From NCBI GenBank assembly GCA_000934665.2, contig KZ538829.1:1-45605 (forward strand): a stretch of DNA of 45,605 nucleotides, given 5' to 3'. Numbering within the stretch: position 1 is the stretch's first letter; each line of letters begins with the position of its first letter. The DNA comes from Catajapyx aquilonaris. Lineage: Eukaryota. Of this stretch, positions 23,121-34,988 are shown in pieces. The notes under the pieces are model-generated. The model searched no databases, was not told where the DNA came from, and saw only the letters and a list, made by a program, of their open reading frames with translations. Both the position numbers and the translations under genes were made by a program.

Positions 23121-26100
23121 GTGAAGTCAGCTGCTTAGAAGAGTTAAGACGGCATTGACAGGCCCGCCTGAGGGCAAAGCGTAATCTCATTTCGCAGAAC
23201 CTACGACGTGGTAGCATCAGGAGGAAAAATGGTAGGATGTTATTTAGGATCAGGCTGAGGGACCACAATGCAAGGAAGGTTTTTAAAGGGAATACATTGT
23301 AATGGTGGTCGTCGGAGTTGTACTGGCCCGGATCTAGGTGGACTGAGTGCTAATTTTGGGTCTTGTTTCAGCTTCATCCTTTTCTGCACCAAGTTGGGGG
23401 CAGGTCCTCCATGCTTTGTCTTGATGAACACACCATTTGCAAGCCACTCATACCACGAGAGCTGCGCTTCTACGAGACACTGCCAGATGAAGTGCGGCGA
23501 TTTGCCCCCAAATTCAAAGGCGTCATTGAGGTTAGCTTTACAGAGGACACCGATGGTTCCATCCAGCTTGAGGCTAATCTGCCGAAGTTGCTGGCAGCAA
23601 CCGTCTCGGAAGAAGAGGTCAGAGAAGCATCTTTGCGACCCATTTCTGTTGATAAGCGAGCATCTCGAGGGTATGTTAATTTGGAATGAATGAAATGTTT
23701 GCTACAAAACAGATTCTTACTTGCAGGCTGCTTATGAGACGATCTGGAAGCATTGAAATTGAAAGTGAACTGCAGGAGGTTTTTGAAGATGACCAGATGC
23801 CTACCACCAGCCAGGGGGGAGGACGAGGTCATAACCCCTGGGTGCTCAAGTGCCATCGCAACCAATTAAAGAAAATTGTTGAAAGAGAAAATCCAGGACA
23901 AAGTCAGGGGAATGCTTTTACTCAAGGTAAGGTGTAGCATGGGAGGGTGACCTGATATTTTTCTGAAAAATGCTACACATAGAAATGCTAGCAAATATTT
24001 AGGAAGTGCCTGTAATAATGACAAAAAACCCTGCATATTATACTAGAAAAACACCTACTAACACTCCAATGTGGAAGAGGGCCCAAAAGGTTCACCGAAT
24101 ACCATTTTGAAGTAAAAACTGATATGGTGACATTTCAGCACAGCCACGTCAAACATACTGTAGATCCATTTCTACTGACCTTCTTTCACTTGCCATTATT
24201 TCTTGCTGGGACTGTTTGCAATGGAAGGTTAATAATGTGACATATGCCCATCATTGCATGTCCCAACTGTTAGGTGATCACTTTAAAATTTGTTGGGATG
24301 TGTGAATGTTGAGACAATATTGATTTTCAAAATGATGCACCAGTATTTTTCTATGGGCGAAAATGGACAAAATTGCAATGTTTTGTGTTGTCTTTTGGAC
24401 GTGATGTCATTGCAAATTGTAAAGTTATACATACATGGGACCGTATTTTAACATTTTTGTCCAGATGCAAAGTTTGCACTCCAGACTTTAATCTGGAATG
24501 CAAATATCTTACTTGGAGTGCTTAATTCTTAATGACTGGGTATAGCCATGTTTAAAAGCAGAGCCAATTGGAGTGCAAACTTTGTACTCCAAGGTTCAGT
24601 TTGGAGTGCAGATGACAATTTTGGAGTGCAAATTGCACCTTTGCATCTGAATATTTCGACACCTGATACGTCACAATTTATCATATAGTGGACACATTCT
24701 CTGTGACCTTGTTAAGCAATTCAGGATTTCTAATGCTCGTCATACATTATTAATTACAAAAAAAAAAAAAAAAAAACCTTTGCCTTCAATTGGCACTGGT
24801 ACATCATACATGCCTAAGAGGCTATAGATGGCTGGAGAAATAAATTAATCAGATATAGTAAAGAGGCAGCTGGAATATTTGTGTGCATGAAAAATTACCA
24901 ACAAATAGAAGAATAAATTATACAGATTTGTACTTGTGCCCTCTGGGCTGCTGGCTGATCCGAATTGCTACATGCTGTTGCTGAGACCATAGTGGTAACT
25001 TCTGGACACAACATGATGAATATGGCATTTGACAATTTTTGGGAGATGCCAAATACACTAGACATTGAGGCCCAAAATTTGGGGGTGTGCAGGAAGAAAG
25101 ATAGATTAATCAAGTCTGTCTCTGACAGCCAAACAGACTGCATGGTGAAACCGGTAGGAGTGGAAAAAAAAGACTTAGTTATTAAAGTATGCAATTATTT
25201 TGACAAGGAAAAGCTGCAAGGATACTCTAATGATGTCACACAAATGCTGTAGCAGATAATCCTAGCCACTGGGAGTCCTGGGAACAGGTGGGATATGATG
25301 ACTACAAGACAGTGCATTCAAATGCCCAGTGGGGGGAGGGGTGGCATTAAAACTTCACCTGGTGCAGGAAAACGAGTGATAATGCTTCACATTGGAAACT
25401 AGAATGGATTTGTAGAAGGGGTCTAGGCTTGAGCTTTGTTGGTAAGAAGGGTGGTCAATATTATCACTCTGAAATGAATGCACTGCACTATGAAGAGTGG
25501 TTTAGAAGCATGCTTGAAAAACTTCCTCATAAATCAGTCATTGTTATTGACTAGGTGCCTTATCACACTGTGCTAAAGTGACACTGTGACAGTATGAGTC
25601 ACACTATGCTAAATCAGAAAACCCAAATAGTTTATGGAAAAAGGATGAAATAATTGAGTGGTTGAAGAGGCAAAGTGTCAGTGTGCTGGATGATGATACA
25701 TATTTTGAATGTATGAATAAACTGGTCCTTCTACTGTTTTGCTCACAGCACAAGTTATCGAAGGAATGTCTTTGTGATTCCATAGTAAGAAACTGTTCAG
25801 AGAAATCCATCAAGTTGCATTGGCTTCCTATGGCTCATTTTGAGTTCATTGCAACTGAACTGATAATAATTATGAACAAAAGATCAAAGTGGCTGACAAG
25901 ATCATTATGTTTAAAATTAAAGAAGTCCACAGTTTGTGTTCAACCCTAAGCTCAGTGCCCAATGAAGTGTGGAAAACCCTCTGGAAGATGTAAAAAAGAT
26001 TGCGGCTGTATATCATGATAAACGACAGGTCCTGGACAACATTGTCACCCTGGTCACTTTCACAGTGTCTTGATAAGATACCAGTGATAAGAGTGTCTTC

Positions 26101-29100
26101 AAATATGTCAGTGAATAAAGTAAGTAAATAGGTACCATTCTGTGGGTAGCGGAAAAAACTGGCACAAGCTTGGCAGCAACACATGGCCAGCAGGCTCAGT
26201 CTGTGGGCCAGGGGGCACAGTCCTGCAGTGAGGCAGTGGTCTTGAGGAGTACACTTGAATAAACCATATGCTCCAAGACATTTATGTCCTCTCTTTTTCT
26301 TTTGCTGCACCTCTTTCTGCCATGTCTCTGTTGCAACCTGACCTGTTAGACCAGTGGTTCCCAACCTTTTTTTGTCACGACCCTATGGACAACCTTTCCT
26401 CGACCTGGCGACCCATATGACTCCCAACCCCCACCTCCGAATCCTGATTTTTTCCCTAAATTTTTTATCATTACCAAAACGTTTAACCAGGTATATCCCA
26501 GGGGAGGTCAAAAAGTTTTCTACCTAGGTATGAAACACATGTGTTATAACTTACACAGTGTCATTTTTTCTCGATGTAATCTCCCTTCATCTCAATGCAA
26601 TTTGTCTGAAAGTGATCCAATCCCGCTTGAAAAAAATTCCCAAGTTTGATCTGCAATACACTGGTCTACCGCCTTTGCAATTCATTATCAGCGCCAAAAC
26701 GACGTCCCCTAAGCTCTTTTTTAGGTGATGAAGTCACTCTGGGCCAGGTCCGGACTCTAGGGTGGATGATTCATCATCTGGAAGCCACAGTCTCTGATGC
26801 CGTCTTTTTGAACAACACGGGAGGTGTGTACTGGGGCATTGTAATGGATCAGACATACACCTCTGGTGATCTTCCCATGTCATTTTGAAGCAATGGCTTC
26901 TCTCAGTCACTTTAGTAGGTCTGAGTAGACACCGCCAGTGATTTTTGTCTTATGGTGCATGTTGTCTACAAATAAAACACCTTCAGTATCCGTAAAAATG
27001 TGGCCATAATCCCCCCCAGAAAGTTGCGTATGGCACTTCTTGGGTGGTAAGGAATTCGCATGATTCCATTGCATGGACTTCATATGTGTTGCAGGATCCC
27101 AGATTTCGCGTCCTGTCACTATCTGGGGCAAAAATATGTCAGGATCTGCTTCATACATCTCCCAAGTTCTCTTGAGAGCATGCGACACTGATAGACCTCT
27201 GCAGTGGCGAGAGCAACCTGGGTACCCATCGAGTGCAAACCTTCCACATCCCCAAATGATCATGCAGGATGGTTAGAACACTCGATTTGGAGATGCCCAC
27301 CTCCATGGCTATCTGTAAAGCCTTTAGTCGCCTGGTTTCCATCACAAGATCACGCACTTTTTGGTACATGTCACTTGATGCTGCCTCTACAGGCTTTCCG
27401 GAGCGGGGGTCATCTTCAAGTGACTCCCTGCCCCACTTAAATTACTTGCACCAGTACTTTGTTTGGTCAATGGAAGGAGAACTGTCCCCATACACTGCCT
27501 TTAACCTGGGGTGAACATCAACTGGTCATAGCCACTCCAATGTGAGAAACTTCATGACAGCACGGTGCTTCATTTTATTGAAATCCATTGTTGCCCACAT
27601 CTGCCTAGCTTCGCGACACCACTGCTCATTCATTTCTGAGTGGATTGAGGTCAAACTTGCACACTTGCACAAGAAGGGTTGAAAATACCTTGAATAGGAG
27701 GCATGGTGGTCTGGTGGCCAAGCGGGAGGCCGGGGTTCAAATCCCATCCCCGTCACCTCTGCTTGGCAGGGTCTTTTTCTGCTTTTCACCCGACATGCCA
27801 GGGCAGAATTGCACTCCCTACTCTGCCCAGGGCCAGGAGAAAAGGCCTGGTGTATTTCACAAAGTCAGAAATGACTATAATTACAGCGCCCTCCCTCAGG
27901 AACCTCCCCTTCCCCCCCTCCCCTAAAAGGGCTCCGCCCTATCACGGGGTAATTTTTTTTTTTAAAAAAGCATGAATAAAAAAATTATGCCACTAAGTAA
28001 GTAATGTCCTTCATACCGAGGTAGAAAACTTTTTGACCTCCCCTTGTACAATGCTATGTAGATGTGAAATGAATTTCTCTTCAAAATTTGCCTTTTTTTT
28101 GTCTTTTTTGTCTTTATTTATATTAAATTTTTCCCCCAGCCTTTCCTGCAACCAGTAAAAATATTCTGGCGACCCAATTTTGGATTGCGACCCAGTGATT
28201 GGGAACCACTGTATTAGACCAAGGAGGTCAAATCCGTCCTTTCTGAATATATACTGGCTCTTGTGCCACACTGATGGCAACTGTTTGGTTTGTTTGAGTG
28301 AGAAGGAGCCAAAGCAACTAAGGCTTTCTGGCTATTAGAAGCTGCATTGATGGGACAGTTAGAGTACCATTTGGTCTATGGGTAGATGAGACTTGAGAGA
28401 GAGAGAACATTTTTATTCTGAACTGATCAATCACTACGTCTGAATATGGTTCAGTAGTAGTCCACTTTTATTTGACTCAGTCTTGCACAATAAATACCCG
28501 TTTTACGCTGCGAATTGGTTCCAGCAACATAGCGGCATTAAGTGAATCAGCTTAAAACATGACAAAACTATAATGGAAGTAAATTCAACCAATTTTGTAA
28601 GGAGCATTTAAGTTAGAGAACTTTTCTTAATTTCATCCTAAGTCAACCAAGCATTTTAATTGCTCATGAAAATTTCATGAACTTGTTGCGACCATTGCAT
28701 GGTACATTTAATGTGTTCAATGCAATGGTTGTTACATGACTTTTTGTCAGTTTTTTAAGGTGTCACAGCTGAGACTGTAATAACTATATGTTAGTTAATT
28801 GTAAGGCAGTTCAAATCCATATTAGTGAAAATCCCACATACACTATCTTCCAAGTCAATTTGGCACTGTTGGATGAAAAGCATGGTCTTTTTGTGTCCAC
28901 TTGCCTTTAGTATGACTCTTTGGCCTGTATACGTGATGGATTTTCAAATGCAGGGTTGATAGGTGGTTAGCCCCCTATTTGTACACACATTGGCAGTTCA
29001 ACCCCACACCACGGGGTCAAGGTGGACTCACTTGTCAAGACCAACCTTGGTCAGGGAGCAGGGCTGACTCCACCAGCCAGGGTTAAGAGCATTCGAAAAT

Positions 29101-30077
29101 GGTGGAAAGAGTTGAGCTGGAAAAAGTGTTTTAGAGCTTCTGGAGGAAGTCGAGAGTGTGTGACAAGGTATCCCTGACTTTCTCTCGACCTGGGGTTACT
29201 CAACTGCACAATTTGGACAGTTATTATGTAGATAGGCCTAAGAAGAAACAAAATTATTGCTATGTCATAGCATATTATATTCTGTAGAATTCATCTTGTT
29301 GGAGAACCTGACCTGGAGGTTTAAGTTTCCATGTGTTCTGGACCTGAAAATGGGCATTCGTCAGTATGGTGACGATGCCACTCCAGAAAAGAAGCGAAGT
29401 CAGTCAGCCAGGGTGACTTCCACTACCTCAGGCCAGTTGGGAATTAGACTCAGTGGCATGCAAGTAAGCATGATTCTTTTATGGATCTGCCATTGAATTG
29501 GTTGACATAAAAAACTGACATTTTATAGGTATACCAGGTAAATCAGGGTAAGTTTATATGCCGCAACAAATATTATGGACGTGGATTGAATGTGGAAGGC
29601 TTCAAGAGCAGCATCCGGCAATTTTTTCATAATGGAGAGCACATGCGTGGAGATGTACTGCCATTTGTTGTACAACGTTTGCAAGACTTGGAGTCTGTCC
29701 TGGTACAGCAGGACTCTTTCCGATTTTACACCAGCTCTCTATTGGTAATTTATGAGGGAATGGCCTCGGAGGAACTCAGCAACACTAAGTCACCAGTAGA
29801 TCACACTGCCAGTGCCAGCTGTGTAAGTAATATTACTTCCATGGTACCAAATGTGCGCTCCAAGAGTGCAGAAACATGGAAGCCAAGTGAGAGTCGGAAC
29901 CAATCTTCCCATTTGCCTGCGGTGGATGTGCGCATTATTGACTTTGCACACTCAACACACAAGGGCTTTACTGATGATCCTGTCGCCTATTCTGGACCAG
30001 ACAGGGGCTTCATGTTTGGCCTAGAGAATCTTATTTCGCTATTTAATTCAATTGCCAATGAGCTAGCTTCTGGGTAG
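23067..30077 (+). CDS. IP6K: Inositol hexakisphosphate kinase, ~425 aa; join(23067..23120,23372..23670,23727..23926,29288..29463,29529..30077)
   Basis: Motifs PFxHQVGG, CKPL..RE.RFYE.LP, HNPW.LKCH, FILLENLT, PCVLDLKMG (PxxxDxKxG), GMQVY, NKYYGR, RFYTSSLL, VRIIDFAH, GPDRGF..GL.NLI. All introns are GT-AG and phase-compatible; first exon is the least certain. Confidence 0.95.
23372..23670 (+). CDS. IP6K: IP6K exon 2
   Basis: ctaat branch point, tcttgtttcag acceptor, GG|gtatgt donor (phase 2). Confidence 0.92.
23727..23926 (+). CDS. IP6K: IP6K exon 3
   Basis: Follows a 56-nt intron; HNPWVLKCH; G|gtaagg donor (phase 1). Confidence 0.9.
24950..26050 (+). pseudogene. Degenerate IS630/Tc1-like (DDE_3-type) transposase in IP6K intron 3 (boundaries approximate)
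   Basis: Broken frames read GAGKRVIMLHIG..GFVEG, YHSEMN...EEWF...LP.KSVIVID*VPYH, W.KDEIIEWL, LHWLPMAH.E...ELI. Confidence 0.7.
26498..28046 (-). mobile_element. mariner element with pseudogenised transposase (ATG at 27588)
   Basis: TIRs aggggaggtcaaaaagttttctacct; MDFNKMKHRAVMKFL...LEDDPRSG.P...WVPRLL...IVTG with stops and frameshifts. Confidence 0.9.
27697..27972 (+). mobile_element. tRNA-derived SINE, family B, nested in the mariner
   Basis: A-box-like tggtctggtgg, B box ggttcaaatcc, tail atcacggggta; possible TSD tgaata. Confidence 0.7.
29288..29463 (+). CDS. IP6K: IP6K exon 4 (PxxxDxKxG motif)
   Basis: tctgtag acceptor (phase 1); CAA|gtaagc donor. Confidence 0.95.
29529..30077 (+). 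CDS. IP6K: IP6K exon 5 (terminal; SSLL and IDFAH motifs)
   Basis: Follows a 65-nt intron; VYQVNQGKFICRNKYYGR...; TAG at 30075-30077. Confidence 0.95.
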   Translation, partial: VYQVNQGKFICRNKYYGRGLNVEGFKSSIRQFFHNGEHMRGDVLPFVVQRLQDLESVLVQQDSFRFYTSSLLVIYEGMASEELSNTKSPVDHTASASCVSNITSMVPNVRSKSAETWKPSESRNQSSHLPAVDVRIIDFAHSTHKGFTDDPVAYSGPDRGFMFGLENLISLFNSIANELASG

Positions 30078-31151
30078 GCTTCTACCTATCTTTTTGACTA
30101 CTTCTGTGATTCTTCCATACTAGTGGTTATGCCTATACAGTAAAACCTAAAAGTAGGTGGAATTATTTTTATTTGCAGGATAGAACAATTCTTGACATTG
30201 TCTCTCTAGTGACACTATTGGAGCTGCTGCAGTGGCATCTCGCTGCAGGTCATTCAATTTTGTTTTCTGTACCTATCATCTCGAACATGAGATAGAACTG
30301 TAAAATAGAAGCCTGGAGTCATTGCTAGTTGTTCAGGTTGTTGTCAAGGTTAATCCCGCCTTTTGCCCAGATCCCACCAGGAGGGGACATGAATCTTCAC
30401 CTGCTATTGGCTAGTTGTTTGAATAATAATTAATCAACCAAAGACATGACCATTCTGGGCAACTTTGGCAAAGACAGTGACAAAGATGGTGAGGTATATT
30501 TTAATTTATTGATTCCAAAGAAAATGTTACTGTGTGGCCAAGCCTTAATACTGTTGTGTCTGTGGAAGAGAGACGATCAAACATTCCAAAGAAATATAAG
30601 TGATCTCTGTCAGCCATTTTTGTTTTTGAAGATTAAATCATGCTAGAAGGAATGGGATTTGGAAGGTTGATGATCTCCAAATGCACCATACCTTTGAGGG
30701 AATGTATATAAGACTGGGAGAAAAAGTTAATTTGACTTTTAGTGTTATTATCTTGTTTTAATAGTTTATGAGAAGCAGGGTATTTGTATATGTTATTACA
30801 GTGCATACAAAATTTATGCAGCTTTTTGGCTGCAAAAGGAACGCATTGTTAGGAAGATAATTATACAATTCATTACTTTTTAAGTGTACTGATTTCTTTG
30901 TGTGGTGCATCTTTTGGATTGGAGTTGGATAATGCATAATTGTAATGTCACCGCAAATATGTGATGTAGTGATTTTTAAAATAGGTTTTTAAATAGTTGA
31001 ATCTAGGTGTTCCACAACCATGACAGGGAATGTGCAATGGCAGTTTGGACTGCTTTGACAAAGTCATGGCTGTTGCATTTGCCACAAGTAAAGAATGGGA
31101 GAGATGGCATGCAGAATTTTTGTTTCATGGAACAGATGGAATAGTGATGTC

Positions 31152-31157
31152 AATAAA
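31152..31157 (+). promoter_or_regulatory. Candidate IP6K polyadenylation signal
   Basis: AATAAA about 1.1 kb after the stop codon; motif match only. Confidence 0.3.
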
Positions 31158-31726
31158 CGTGTGTGGGAACAGGGGCAATACAAACAAATCAGGAGTACAT
31201 AGAGAGTTACCAATGGAAGTTACAGAACTCTGTCATGGTCAATATGATATGGATGCAAATGTAAATTTTTAACAGCTGTTCTGACTGTTGTACAATAAGT
31301 GGTGGCAATGACAAGATATTGCTCTTGATGGCAGTGAAAAAAAGGCCCCCTATCCCCTTACTCCACCTCTCTTCCATTAAGTAAGAACTTATTTCTGCTC
31401 AGTCATAATTCTCACAATAATCCAAAGAATTCATCTAAAATGTGTATATAAACCTGAGCCTGACCTTGGGCCACCTCTAGAGTGGGCTGACAACCCCTCT
31501 AAGAATCCACTCAGACTGCCTCCTTATAGTGAGAAAATCATATAAAGTTTGGTGTCACTGTCTTCTGAACTATTACCTTCAACCCTACACTGGCATGCAT
31601 GCATCCCACATGTTTCAGAACTTAGATCTTGCATCTGGATTGGTAAAACTCATGGTAATCATTTCCACTCCCTACTTCAAGAGCAGCAGATACATTGTTG
31701 GGAATTCCACTTTCCAAATGTACATG

Positions 31727-32024
31727 CAGGGTGTAAATAAAATAAGTGTTCATATTTTGAGGAACGATAGTATGACTAGAAAGGATTTTTTTTTTGCCAA
31801 TACACTTGGTGCCACAGACACATAATTCCATCAGAAAATGAGGGTTTGTGTTGCGTCACACATGTCTAAATCTTAGTAACCATGGTAACCATTTCACACA
31901 TCATAAACCTTTGTTTTCTGATGGAACGATGCATCTGCTGCACCAAGTGTATTAGGAAAAAATGTTCCTTTCTAGTCATTCTGTCGTTCCTCAAAATATG
32001 TGCACTTATTTAATTTACACCTTG
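31727..32024. mobile_element. Tc1-type fold-back MITE
   Basis: cagggtgtaaat ... atttacaccttg with ~120-bp inverted arms. Confidence 0.8.
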
Positions 32025-32059
32025 TTTGTTTTCTCACTAAACTTGGGCTATACTATAGT

Positions 32060-32290
32060 TTATCCGCACCTTAGCAATGAGGGTGGGGTTGGGCGAGCGG
32101 GGTGGTCTCCCGACAGTTGGCAATGGTACATTGCCAACAATGGATTGCCGGAAGAGAAAGTAAGGTGCGTTGCTACTCCTGCCACGCGAACCGATCAGAT
32201 GCGTAAATGGGACTGTTATACGTAGAAGGGGACAAATTTGAAGGCCTTCAATGTTGCTGTGGCGTGGCAGAGACACAATAAGGTGCATAG
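32060..32290 (+). repeat. Dispersed repeat; inverted copy at ~33230-33340
   Basis: gcaccttagc...ggggttgggcg...gttggcaa...aacaat..ttgcc.g.agag shared between the two copies. Confidence 0.65.
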
Positions 32291-32340
32291 GTGGGAGGTA
32301 ATTGGGCATAGTCCGGGGTGTGTTAGATTTGTTCGATTAG

Positions 32341-32523
32341 GAGTGGTTCTTAACCTGGGGTGCGCGCATCCCCAGGGGGTGTGAGGTGGCTCCCCGGGGG
32401 GTGCGAGCAAGGTGCACCTCTGGACTTAGTCTAACTATGAACTTAATCAATCACCTCTGGTATAGGGGGTGCGACAACTGTCTTCAAAGGGGTGTGGAGG
32501 CCCGAAAAGGTTAAGAACCCCTT
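32341..32523. mobile_element. hAT-type MITE (second family)
   Basis: ggttcttaacct / aggttaagaacc TIRs with GGGGTGCG motifs. Confidence 0.7.
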
Positions 32524-32977
32524 ATGTTGATTGGCTTTTTAAAATCTGGAACCACCCTGCGCATTTTCCCACTGTCGAGAGTGCTGGCCTGCATGCCCAA
32601 TATTTGGCAACGGCTGGGTTGGCTGGCTGGATGGCTGGCAGGGGAGCTCAACTGCTGCTGTGATGTGAGGTTGATACTATATCGGATCTCTTCGGGATCT
32701 GCGTGGTCAGGTTTGGAAGTGATTAAGTGGATGGAAGAGCCATTTTTCTTGGTGATGCTGTATGGCTTTTTTGTTACCGCAACAGTGCTGTCATTTGTTG
32801 TGGCCCTGCCAGTCATGGTTCGTACCCCATGCATGATGTTATTTAGTTAATTGCGGAGCATTAGCAGAGCTGGGCGCATATTGTTGGTTTGTATATGCCA
32901 ACAATGCAGTCCTCATTGTGCGCTGCAGGCCAACAAACGTTATTGTGGCTTTTCCAAGTGCAAAATTTACCTTGACA

Positions 32978-33139
32978 CAGTCCATTAAACCAGCGAACGA
33001 CATGACGTCACGTTCCGCCCGCCTCCACCCGGATCTCTCCTCCAATCATGTCCACGACTCACTCTGCAGGCATACTACTGCACATGCTCAGAAAATATGG
33101 CTGGTGTGACATCATGTCGTTCTTTGGGTTAACAAACTG
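32978..33139 (+). mobile_element. MITE containing TGACGTCA, copy 2
   Basis: Homologous to 17678-17830. Confidence 0.75.
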
Positions 33140-33782
33140 TAGCAACCCTCATGGCTTTCATTTGCCACCTCCTTCATTAAAACTATTGTCCCAGCACTCA
33201 TCTGATTGGTTCACATGAACGGGGTAAGAAGACACCCTCTGTTGTGCTCTCCTGGCAACTGATTGTTTGCGACGCGTTGCCAACCCTCAGGAGCCCACCA
33301 CACCCGCCCAACCCCGCCCGCGTCGCTAAGGTGCAGATAAATGAAAGACTTTCCTAAACTTGAAGGTGAGGTCACACGAGAGAGCAGCCGCAAAATTTTG
33401 ACCAATATGGCTGTCAGCTAAATTATGAAATACATAATTATGTAGTATACTTAGTTTTCTGTTAGAAGGCAGATCCCACCCACGGCCTTATCTGAATGCC
33501 ACCCACTCCAGGCAACCCAACACAATAACTGAGGGTTGGCAAGATGCTGAGTTGTTATTCCTTGCATATGTTAATTTCCATGGTACTTTTTATGTCAGAT
33601 TCATGACATAATTATGACAACTGTGACTTGCCAAGCTTATCACCCTCATACAAGTAGGCCTACAATAAAAATCTTGCAGGCACTCATTTCCATCCTCTCT
33701 TGTCGCCTTACCTTCAATTTTGGTCGATTGAGTTACACACATTGTTGGTAAGCTTATTTAATGGGCTTTTCAGTAGTATGTA

Positions 33783-34764
33783 TGAGGGTTAGACAAAACA
33801 AATTGAGACTGATTTTTTATGCGATAAAAAGAATAAGTTTATCACTCATGGTGAGTGGCATCATGTACTGCATCATGTCTTGGAGTACTGAAACACTAAT
33901 TTCTGTTCGAATATGCTGTGATCCCAGGCAACGGTGACATGGCGGGAAGTACAAGTATAACTAGGTTAATTTTCGCCTCAGCTCTGCCAGTGTCAAGATG
34001 GAGGTCGGTGGCGAGGAAAAGTATTCAGCATTGAGGTTTTTCTACAGTTTGAAGAACACAGCCATGGAGGCATACGACATGCTAAGATTATGGATAGCAG
34101 ATACTGGTCATCATGTTTGGTCACAACACCTTGCAATTCTTTGCAAACCTCCACTCGCATCTGATTCTGCTCTGGAGTCAACAGTCTGGGGACCCATTGT
34201 ATCAGGTGCAAACAGATCGCATGTTCTAATAGTCAGTGCAAAATAGTGTGGGCACTACCACTGCAGGGGGGGTGCCACACATTCTGGAAAGGTCATCGAC
34301 AGTTACACGGCCATCTCACAGACAATCACTGCACAGACAGTGTTAATGATTGCCTCTGTCTGAACTTGGATGAGAGTTTGCAAATTCATCACTTTTAAAG
34401 CTAACTACCGACCCTTGCTGAATGCTTTGTACCATGGAGAAAGGTGTCGAATGCTTCTTCACCATATGCGTCTCGTAGCATGTCATACTCTATGCCTTCA
34501 AACTGATGCAAAATATCAATGCTGAATATTGTTCCTCACTGCCAACCTCCATCTTTACTCTGGCTGAGTGGAGGAGAAAATTAACTTGTTAGTTCTACTT
34601 TTAGTGTCACTGTCGCCTGGAATTGTGGAATATTCGAACAGGAATTGGTGTTAAAATACTCAAAGACATGCTTTACAGTTTACATGATGCCACTCACCTT
34701 GAGTGATGAACTAATTCTCCTTCTCTCATAAAAATAAGTTTCAATCTGTTTTGACTGGCCCTCA
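33783..34764. mobile_element. Rearranged mariner made of two inverted 5' ends
   Basis: tgaggg / ccctca termini. Both arms encode MEVG.EE.YSAL.F; the minus arm continues to WVPRLLTPEQ. Confidence 0.8.
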
Positions 34765-34988
34765 TGTGCTTTCATGTACTGTAGAACTTGACTACGAGGT
34801 TTCAAGGGTGACTGGAAATTAACACCTGCAAGATTTTTTCAGATTCAGATGCAAGCTAACTCATGCAACAGATGGTATATTCATGCAAACCTACACATAC
34901 CCATATTGCAGAACTACATTCATACTAAGTTTATTGATTGGGCAGAGCAATTAATTGGTAGGCAAGATGCAGCCTAAAGAGTCATTAT

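Larger units (their letters stand above)
26352..28211. mobile_element. hAT MITE split by a nested mariner insertion
   Basis: TIRs cagtggttcccaa / ttgggaaccactg; TSD tgttagac / tattagac. Confidence 0.85.

Noticed and set aside
23240..23865. Alternative-frame and antisense ORFs over IP6K exons 2-3
   Set aside because: Shadows of the real coding exons.
24460..24650. Repeated GGAGTGCA motifs as a CRISPR-like or regulatory array
   Set aside because: Irregular spacing and mixed orientation in a eukaryotic intron; most likely TE subterminal repeats.
26640..27588. Domesticated or active mariner transposase (SETMAR-like)
   Set aside because: Multiple stops and frameshifts; no SET-domain exon nearby.
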